Below are positions 61,098 to 64,000 of a stretch of 64,000 nucleotides of DNA, piece by piece. Below the pieces are notes generated by a model that made no database searches, had not been told where the DNA came from, and saw only the letters and a program-made list of their open reading frames with translations. Every line of letters starts with the position of its first letter. Position 1 is the first letter of the stretch. Source of the DNA: Callorhinchus milii. Its lineage: Eukaryota. The stretch is from NCBI RefSeq assembly GCF_018977255.1, contig NW_024704742.1:107696001-107760000 (forward strand). Direction: 5' to 3'. The position numbers were made by a program, and so were the translations under genes.

Positions 61098-61481
61098 CAA
61101 CAACAACAACTTGGATTTATATAGCGCCCTCCACACCGGACGGTGTCTCAGAGCGCTTCACAGTAACGGATCCCGGGGCCGAGCCAGGGGGAGGGGGAGG
61201 TAGGTGACCAAAGGCGCAGTCGAAAAGAAAGGTCTTCAGCAGTGACCTGAAAATAGGAAGAGAGGAAACGAGGCGAAGGGAGTGAGGAAGGGAGTTTCAG
61301 AGCATCGGGGCATAGTGGCTGAAGGCACGGCCACCAAGGGTGGAGGGAAGGACTCAGGGGACAAGGAGAAAGCCAGACCCAGAGGAACGAAGGCAACGGG
61401 CACTGTTTTGAGGAGAGAGGAGGTCAGAGAGGTAGGGGGGTGCAGAGGAGTGGAAGGATTTGAAGACAAGGGTGAGGATCG
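61098..61481 (-). mobile_element. L2 LINE 3' fragment
   Basis: (CAA)n tail on plus, then an L2 3' UTR and C-terminal coding sequence. Confidence 0.88.
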
Positions 61482-61650
61482 ACTAGTTACAGTCAACTAG
61501 TTACAGTTACACTTACTAGTCCACACTCTCACAGTTACTAGTCCACACTTTCACAGTTACTAGTCCACACTCTCACAGTTGCTAGTCCACACTCTCACAG
61601 TTACTAGTCCACACTCTCACAGTTACTAGTCCAGTCTCTCACAGTTACTA

Positions 61651-62949
61651 CAGCAACAACAACTAGATTACATTTGTTTAGTGCCTTTCACGTCGAGAGG
61701 ATGTCCTAAGGGACTGGATGGTGTACAGCATTTCAGACCCGAGCTGGGGTTGAGGGTGGAAGGGAGGAGAGGGGAAGGGGGGTGACCGATGGCATGGTCA
61801 AAGAGGAGGGTCTTGAGGTGGGACTTGAAGGAGGCTAAGAAGGGAGTGAGGTGGAGTGATTCAGGGATGGAGTTCCAGAGGTTGGGAGCAGAGTGGCTGA
61901 AGGCTCTCCCGCCAATGGTGGGGCGGGTGGGTCGGGAGACATAGAGCAGGCCGGAGCCGGCTGAGCGGAGGGAGCAGGCGGGTTGGTAGGGGGTTAGGAG
62001 GTCACAGAGGTAGGGTGGGGTGAGACCATTGAGAGCTTTGTAGGGGAGGAACAGGATTTTCAACTGGATCCTCTGATAGAGAGCCAATGGAGTTGGGCGA
62101 GAATGGGGGAGATGGGGTCACAGAGTTTGGTGTGGGAGAGGGCACAGATTATCTGCAGAGTTCTGGATTATCTGCAGCCTGTGGAGGGAGGAGTTGGGAA
62201 GGCTGACAAGCAGGGCGTTTGCATAGTCGAGCCTGGAGGTGATGAAGGCATGAACAAGAGTTTCAGTGGCCTGAGGGCTGAGGTAGTGGTGGAGTCGGGT
62301 GATGTTACGGAGATGAGGGAAGGCAGAGAGGTCATGGCTTGAATGTGGGGGAGAAAAGACAGTTGAGGGTCGAACAAGACACCCAGGCTCCTGACTGGCT
62401 GGTGAGTTGTAGTGTGCAACCGTGGAGGTTGATGTTGCCAGAGCCTGAGGTGCTGAGGCGCTGGCCGGAGCCAATCAGGAGAGCCTCAATCTTGTTCACA
62501 TTCAACTGTAGGAAGTTTGCCCTCATCCAGGACTTGATGTCCAACAGGCAGTCTGTCAGGACAGCAGTGGTCCTGGAGTTGAGGGTGGAGGCAGAAAGAT
62601 AGAGTTGGGTGTCATCCGCACACATGTGGAAGTTGACTCCATGTCTGCGGATAATGTCACCAAGGGGGAGCATGTAGATATTAAAGAGGAGAGAGCCAAG
62701 GACAGAGCCCTGGGGGATGCCAGACGTGACAGTGCGGAGACTGGAGGAGAAACCGTTAGAGGCAACGAAGTGGAAACAATGAGAGAGATAGGATTCGATC
62801 TAGGCAAGGGCAGGTCTGTGAAGGTTAAGTAAAGAGGAGAGGCGGTGTATGAGGATGGAGTGGTCGACAGTGTCGAAGGCGGCAGAGAGGTCGAGGAGAA
62901 CAAGAAGGCAGAGGGAGCCCTGATCATAGATGTTCAGAATGTCATTAGT
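61651..62949 (-). mobile_element. 5'-truncated L2 LINE including the RT core
   Basis: [53 protein letters not shown] and IGGRAFSHSAPNLWNSIP. Confidence 0.95.
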
Positions 62950-64000
62950 AGTCCACACTCTCACTGTTACTCTTCCACACTCTCACTGGTACTGATTCAT
63001 GTCTTTGATGATTTCCACGGTGTTCAATGTGTAAATATATTCAGGAATAATAAAAGAAGAGAATGGAAAAATGTTAAAGTTTAATCATAATTCTTTTTAA
63101 CTGACTTATTTTTGAAGTACTCAAGGGCAGGATCCCCTCTTTAAAATATAGTATTCATATGCAATTTGTGTGGCCGTTTAATGGAGATTAGCATGGCATT
63201 TGTAGCTTTTTCTTTTTCTAAGCAAAATATACACTTGAATAATAAACCTGAAGCTTTCATACACTGAAATCTAACAGACTCCAAGCACTTCAACAATAAT
63301 AAAATAACTTCTCATGCAGTGAGTTTGCAGTCAGGGTTTGTATACTTTATCTGATCAAAGACACATTGTCCAATTATTCCTGAGCTTCACATATATGAAA
63401 ACCTAGTCACACCTGGTGATGATCTTGAAAGTTTATGTAATAGTTTTTATGAAAATGTAAAGGGGTTGATAAAAATAACTGCATGACTTGTGTTAATATC
63501 TTATTTCACCAAAGGTTTCTGAATACAATACAGTTGTGATTCATTTTATTTTAAAAAAAACATAAAATGAGAAAATACAAAAGTTCAAAAGTCCTTTCAG
63601 GTCATTGACTGAGTTTCTTCTAACAGTTAATGTACAAAATTGTACTCGATCCAATTTATTTCATCTCCTGAGAAATATGAACAAAAACATCCAAGAAGAT
63701 AAAGCTCTGTGAAATTTCTCCTTGACCCCTTGAAAACTAGTCTAGTGAAACTGCACAACACTACTCTAACATTGCAATCTACATTATTTAACCCTGACTG
63801 GTTCCATTGCTTTCCTCGGTTGACATTTCCACTCTCCCAATAGCACTGGAACCACAGTATTCTAGGGCATATTTGATCATCTTTAGCTTCACTATACTCA
63901 ACTATTCATCTCAACAGATCTATAGAAGTTTTGACCCATAAACAGAAGTTTGGCCATTTATCATCAAATTCTGCTTCATATATGCATTGTGGATTCCTGT

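Larger units (their letters stand above)
60755..62990. repeat. 22-bp minisatellite (CTAGTCCACACTCTCACAGTTA)n in three blocks: 60755-61097, 61482-61650 and 62950-62990
   Basis: Direct tandem periodicity, interrupted by two L2 insertions. Confidence 0.95.

Overview
Repeat-dense, AT-rich vertebrate DNA, not prokaryotic. The repeat families (HER1/CR1-type LINEs, L2 LINEs, Deu-domain tRNA-SINEs, Penelope-type ends) fit a cartilaginous fish, probably a chimaera or shark; this is an inference from repeat content. I found no intact protein-coding gene, rRNA, true tRNA or CRISPR array, and nearly all long ORFs are broken retrotransposon frames. The window holds three large CR1 copies (one near full length), many L2 fragments, two SINE families, two candidate solo LTRs, Penelope-like termini, palindromic MITE relics and three minisatellites. 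The most interesting observations are: (i) a young SINE that looks like a mosaic of tRNA-Ala head, CORE-like segment, Deu domain and L2 tail; (ii) a Penelope-type insertion with a perfect 50-bp hairpin, 13-bp TSD and remnants of a hammerhead ribozyme; (iii) several nested insertions that give a relative chronology; (iv) template-switch scars in LINEs; (v) a candidate 26-nt plus-strand micro-exon at 52561-52586 with a downstream acceptor, hinting that the window is intronic in a large unidentified host gene. Boundaries of degenerate repeats were read by eye and are approximate.
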